NCBI GenBank assembly: GCA_964429265.1
Contig: CAYSBK010000001.1
Span: 1 to 57,448 of the forward strand
Reading direction: 5' to 3'
Source: an uncultured Pirellulales bacterium
Lineage (GTDB): Bacteria; Planctomycetota; Phycisphaerae; Sedimentisphaerales; Anaerobacaceae
DNA: 57,448 bases
Part shown: piece by piece, positions 52,256 through 57,448 of the stretch
Numbering within the stretch: position 1 is the stretch's first letter
Layout of the letters: every line of letters starts with the position of its first letter
Position numbers and translations under genes: made by a program
The notes under the pieces: generated by a model
Told to the model about the DNA's origin: nothing
Database searches by the model: none
Seen by the model: only the letters and a program-made list of their open reading frames with translations

Positions 52256-52297
52256 AATGGAAGGCTCGCGTGTCAGGCGTAGCCTTCCATTTTTTTT
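52256..52297 (+). terminator. rho-independent terminator
   Basis: 11-bp stem AATGGAAGGCT / AGCCTTCCATT (52256-52266 / 52281-52291) followed by a T8 run ending at 52297. Confidence 0.75.
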
Positions 52298-52439
52298 GCC
52301 TCCCGCCGGCACAGGACACGCTCAACTTGCAATTCAGCGGCCGTCGTTTATACTAACTGTGCCGCTGTAACCGATACTGGCCGACGGTTGGAGGCTTTTG
52401 AGGCCGAAGAGGCCGCGGTGTTTTGCATAAGCTAAGGGT

Positions 52440-53717
52440 ATGGACTATTTTCATTACAGCAGGGGCAGGCTGCTGGTTGAGGACGTGCAGGTCGAGCATA
52501 TCGTCGAGCAATTCGGCACGCCTGTCTATATCTACAGCAAGGCGACGTTCCTGGAGCACCTGGAAAGGGTCCGCAAGGCCTATGCTGCGCTCGATACGAC
52601 GGTGTGCTATTCGGTCAAGGCCTGCAGCAATATCAACATACTCCGGTTTATGGCCGAGGCCGGCAGCGGCTTCGACGTCGTAAGCGGCGGCGAGCTGTAC
52701 CGAGTGCTGCAGGCCGGCGGTGACCCCACCAAGATTGTCTACGCCGGTGTAGGTAAAACCGACAGGGAAATCGTCGACGCCCTCGAAGCGCGGATAGCCT
52801 ACTTCAACGTCGAGTCCGAGCAGGAGCTGGAAAATCTCATCCGTCTTTCGAAAGAAACATCCGTTACCGCCAGAGCCGCTCTGCGGGTGAACCCCGACGT
52901 CGACCCGGTTACTCATACCTATACGACCACGGGCAAGAAAGAGACCAAGTTCGGCATTGACATCGACCGCGCCGCGGACGTGTTCGCGCGTTACGGCCGC
53001 CAAGATTCGGTCCGGCTGTGTGCGATACACATTCACCTCGGTTCGGCAGGCCATACCGTCGAACCTTACCGCGAGGCGATAACAAAGGTGCTGGGGTTGA
53101 TTGAACAGCTTCGGGCGGATGGTTTTGAAATCGAAGCGCTCGACATAGGAGGTGGCTATGGAGCCGATTACGTAACAGGTCAATCACCCTCGGCCGCTCA
53201 GTACGCCGACGTAATCGTGCCGCTTCTGAAGGACAGGAACCTGAGACTGATACTGGAGCCCGGCGCCAGCATAGCCGCCAATGCGGGCATCCTTGTCACG
53301 CGAGTGCTGTACGTCAAAAGCAGCGGCCGAAAAAGATTCGTCATCGTTGATGCAGGAATGAACGACCTGATTCGCCCGCCGCTTTACGGCGCATTCCACT
53401 TCATCTGGCCGGCCAGCGTGCACGAGGCCTTTGTCCCGGAGCGGCGAGACAAAAACCTGCGGTTGCCGGGCACCGAGCAGGTCGACGTGGTTGGTCCCAT
53501 CTGCGAAAGTGCCGACTTCCTCGGCAAAGACAGGGCTTTGCCGCCGGTGAAACGCGGAGACATACTTTCGGTGTTCACGGCGGGCGCCTACGGCTTCAGT
53601 ATGAGCAGCAACTACAACAGCCGCGGCCGGGCCCCAGAGGTTCTGGTCGAAGGCGGAAAATTCCGGCTCATAAGAAAACGCGAGACCTACCAGGACCTGG
53701 TCCAGCCGGAAAGGTAA
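52440..53717 (+). CDS. lysA: diaminopimelate decarboxylase
   Basis: PLP-Lys context YSVKACSN, HIHLGS, GGGYG and EPGASI motifs. Confidence 0.92.
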   Translation: MDYFHYSRGRLLVEDVQVEHIVEQFGTPVYIYSKATFLEHLERVRKAYAALDTTVCYSVKACSNINILRFMAEAGSGFDVVSGGELYRVLQAGGDPTKIVYAGVGKTDREIVDALEARIAYFNVESEQELENLIRLSKETSVTARAALRVNPDVDPVTHTYTTTGKKETKFGIDIDRAADVFARYGRQDSVRLCAIHIHLGSAGHTVEPYREAITKVLGLIEQLRADGFEIEALDIGGGYGADYVTGQSPSAAQYADVIVPLLKDRNLRLILEPGASIAANAGILVTRVLYVKSSGRKRFVIVDAGMNDLIRPPLYGAFHFIWPASVHEAFVPERRDKNLRLPGTEQVDVVGPICESADFLGKDRALPPVKRGDILSVFTAGAYGFSMSSNYNSRGRAPEVLVEGGKFRLIRKRETYQDLVQPER

Positions 53718-53750
53718 CGTGGGCAGTCGGACGGCCCGGCACGCTGTTGT

Positions 53751-55088
53751 TCAGAAATGCCTCTCGACAAAGCCCGTATCGATCATATTCTTGACGAACA
53801 GATTGTGCGACAGAATGTCCATACAAACAGGGACCGTCGTCTTGATCGGCCAGGCCACAAACTCTCGCAGGGCCCTTTTCATAGTTGCGATGGCCTCGCT
53901 GCGCGTCCTTTGGTGCACGATGATCTTTGCAATCATCGAGTCGTAATTGGGCGCAATGGTCCAGCCCTGGCAGACGTGCGTATCGACCCGTACTCCCGGA
54001 CCGCCAGGCAGAATAAACTTTTCTATCTTGCCGGCACACGGAGAAAAGTTGTTCGCCGGGTCCTCCGCATTGACGCGACACTCTATCGCCACGCCGTTGT
54101 GCTTGATATTTTTTTGGCGGTATCTGATGGTGTGACCGCTGGCAATCTTTAGCTGCCACTTGACAAGGTCGTGGCCCGTGACCATCTCCGTGACGGGATG
54201 TTCCACCTGAATCCGCGTATTGACCTCGATGAAGTAGAACCTCTTATCCTTGTCCAGCAAAAACTCTACTGTCGCAGCATTGGTGCAATTGGCCTGTTTG
54301 ATAACTCTCAGCGCGGCATCAGCCAGGTGCTCCCTCGTGCGGTCGTCAAGCACCGGGCACGGTGATTCCTCGATCATCTTCTGGTGCCTTCGCTGGATCG
54401 TGCAGTCCCGCTCAAAGAAATGCAGTGCGTTTCCCTTGTCGTCCGCGATGACCTGGACTTCCACGTGCCTGGGTTCGGAGATGAGCTTTTCAAGATAGAC
54501 GCTGCCGTCGCCAAAGGCCGCTTCGGCCTCGGCCCTGGCGGTATTGAAGCCTGCACGCAGGCTGATGTCGTTGTGGGCTATCCTCATACCGCGTCCGCCT
54601 CCGCCGGCGGCAGCCTTGATTATGACCGGGTAGCCTATCTTATTCGCCAGTTTCAGGGCCTTGTTCTCGTCCTCGACCGTCCCGTCCGAACCGGGCACGA
54701 CCGGAACCTTTGCCTTCCGCGCCAGCTTTCGGGCCTCAACCTTATCTCCCAACAGACGCATCGCCTCAACCGAAGGACCGATGAAGCTTATTCCACACTC
54801 CCGGCATATCTCCGCAAAGTGCGCGTTCTCGGCAAGAAAACCATACCCGGGATGAATCGCATCCACGTCGGCCACCTCGGCGGCACTGATTATCCGAGAA
54901 ATATTGAGATAACTTTCCGCGGCACTGGCCGGGCCGATGCAAATCGCCTCGTCGGCCAGACGAAGGTAAGGCGCTTCTCTGTCGGCCTCGGAAAACACGG
55001 CCACCGCTTCAATACCAAGCTCATGGCAGGCCCGGATTATCCGAAGGGCGATTTCACCACGATTGGCTACGAGTATCCTGGAAAGCAT
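53751..55088 (-). CDS. accC: acetyl-CoA carboxylase biotin carboxylase subunit
   Basis: [24 protein letters not shown] and ATP-grasp motifs. 445 aa. Confidence 0.95.
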   Translation of the reverse strand: MLSRILVANRGEIALRIIRACHELGIEAVAVFSEADREAPYLRLADEAICIGPASAAESYLNISRIISAAEVADVDAIHPGYGFLAENAHFAEICRECGISFIGPSVEAMRLLGDKVEARKLARKAKVPVVPGSDGTVEDENKALKLANKIGYPVIIKAAAGGGGRGMRIAHNDISLRAGFNTARAEAEAAFGDGSVYLEKLISEPRHVEVQVIADDKGNALHFFERDCTIQRRHQKMIEESPCPVLDDRTREHLADAALRVIKQANCTNAATVEFLLDKDKRFYFIEVNTRIQVEHPVTEMVTGHDLVKWQLKIASGHTIRYRQKNIKHNGVAIECRVNAEDPANNFSPCAGKIEKFILPGGPGVRVDTHVCQGWTIAPNYDSMIAKIIVHQRTRSEAIATMKRALREFVAWPIKTTVPVCMDILSHNLFVKNMIDTGFVERHF

Positions 55089-55127
55089 ATCCTCGTCCGG
55101 CTGTGCTCGTTCTGGGCAGCATACTGC

Positions 55128-55622
55128 TCAACCATGCCCCTCAGGCGAAAGCCTGAAAAGCACCTGACCGTATTCAACTGCCTCTCCGTTCTTCACCAAA
55201 ATCTCTTTTATCGTCCCGCGCGTTTCAGCCTTTATCTCGTTCATCACCTTCATAGCTTCTATTATTCCGACGACCGTTTGCGGCTCAACGTGGGTACCAA
55301 TGTCGACAAACGGCTCGGAGTCGGGACTGGGCGCGGCGTAGAACGTCCCAACCAGCGGCGAAGTTATCTCCACAAGGTTTTCCGCGGGCTTGTCTTGCCG
55401 GGGCAGTTCAACACCCGGCGGGGGCACCGTCACGCCGGCTGGCACGACCCCGCCGGCCACCGGACCGGCAAGCTGCGCAGCGGACGCAAACGCCTGGGCA
55501 CGCTTCAGCAGAATCTTGTCTTCACCGTGCTTTATTTCAAGCTCAACGAGGTCGTTTTCCTTCATAATAGCGATGAGCTGTCGTATTTTCTCGGCCTCTT
55601 TGTCTTTATCTTTTTGGCCCAT
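55128..55622 (-). CDS. accB: acetyl-CoA carboxylase biotin carboxyl carrier protein
   Basis: P/A-rich linker and biotinyl-lysine motif EAMKVMNEI. Confidence 0.9.
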   Translation of the reverse strand: MGQKDKDKEAEKIRQLIAIMKENDLVELEIKHGEDKILLKRAQAFASAAQLAGPVAGGVVPAGVTVPPPGVELPRQDKPAENLVEITSPLVGTFYAAPSPDSEPFVDIGTHVEPQTVVGIIEAMKVMNEIKAETRGTIKEILVKNGEAVEYGQVLFRLSPEGHG

Positions 55623-55841
55623 AGCCGGTTCCTTTCCTTAACAGCACGACGCCAGCAAATACCTCAGGACCAGCAACGCCAAGTATAACCCACGGCGGCC
55701 GTTTTGCAATCAATTTCGGCCCGGCGCCCAGTCTCACAGGCTAACCGCTCCAGCTGCACCCGAATCCCACCAAGGCCCGGCTGGTTGCCGCTGCAAAGCC
55801 ACGCCCTGGGCGGTCTGCAGCTTGTTGCACGGTATTTTTCC

Positions 55842-55870
55842 TTGCAGACGTGCACTGTTTGATGTAGAAT
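55842..55870 (+). promoter_or_regulatory. candidate promoter of tRNA-Phe (TTGCAG - 17 nt - TAGAAT)
   Basis: By-eye match. The -10 ends 55 nt before the tRNA 5' end. Confidence 0.4.
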
Positions 55871-55925
55871 CGTACCACTTGGTTGACCGCTTGTTTTGCC
55901 TAAACTGCGGTTTTGTGATCAGTTA

Positions 55926-57382
<1,457 letters not shown>

Positions 57383-57448
57383 AGCCGTTAACCCTTACTT
57401 TTCGTTCTTTACAGGTCTCAGTTCCAAACCCAACGCCTTTGCCAGCTT

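Overview
High-GC (about 60% by eye) chromosomal segment from a diderm bacterium. It carries LPS-core genes and an outer-membrane porin. The gene content loosely suggests an anaerobic PVC/Planctomycetota-like organism, but taxonomy cannot be established from this window. I support about 50 CDS, three tRNAs and several promoter/terminator candidates.

Layout, left to right:
1. A lexA-DUF72-dnaE2 SOS-type operon behind a perfect palindromic operator.
2. An atypically long MDR dehydrogenase, then a 750-bp gene-free gap.
3. A secreted PA14-GH32-like protein and an NAD-type isocitrate dehydrogenase.
4. A tightly coupled LPS inner-core/ADP-heptose operon: lpxK-hldE-gmhA-gmhB-heptosyltransferase-LPS kinase-GT4-plsY.
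5. Housekeeping genes: cupin, HAD, an HMGL-family synthase, tRNA-Leu, IMPase, DUF2752, a lipoprotein and serA.
6. A topoisomerase VI B subunit with no A subunit nearby, then a phosphohexomutase, a CDF transporter and a stand-alone LigD-phosphoesterase-like domain.
7. An 11.5-kb acetate/acetyl-CoA island. It holds two tandem ADP-forming acetyl-CoA synthetases, a CoA-transferase::Pat-type GNAT fusion and an AcuC/HDAC deacetylase. These converge on a coiled-coil porin, AMP-forming Acs and a SatP acetate channel.
8. An RRM RNA-binding protein behind a strong promoter and a roughly 340-nt leader.
9. A Calx-beta secreted protein and tRNA-Ala.
10. A complete hypFCDEAB maturation operon with no hydrogenase structural genes.
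11. nadD, then a self-contained 30-codon all-lysine microgene with its own RBS and intrinsic terminator.
12. lysA, accBC, and tRNA-Phe abutted by a tyrosine integrase that marks the edge of an integrated element running off the window.

The most interesting items are the acetate/lysine-acetylation module with the unusual CoA-transferase::GNAT architecture, the imuAB-less lexA-DUF72-dnaE2 cassette with its non-canonical operator, the orphan Top6B, and the lysine-rich microgene. No CRISPR array, rRNA or obvious defence system was seen. Most other long ORFs in the six-frame track are antisense shadows typical of high-GC DNA.
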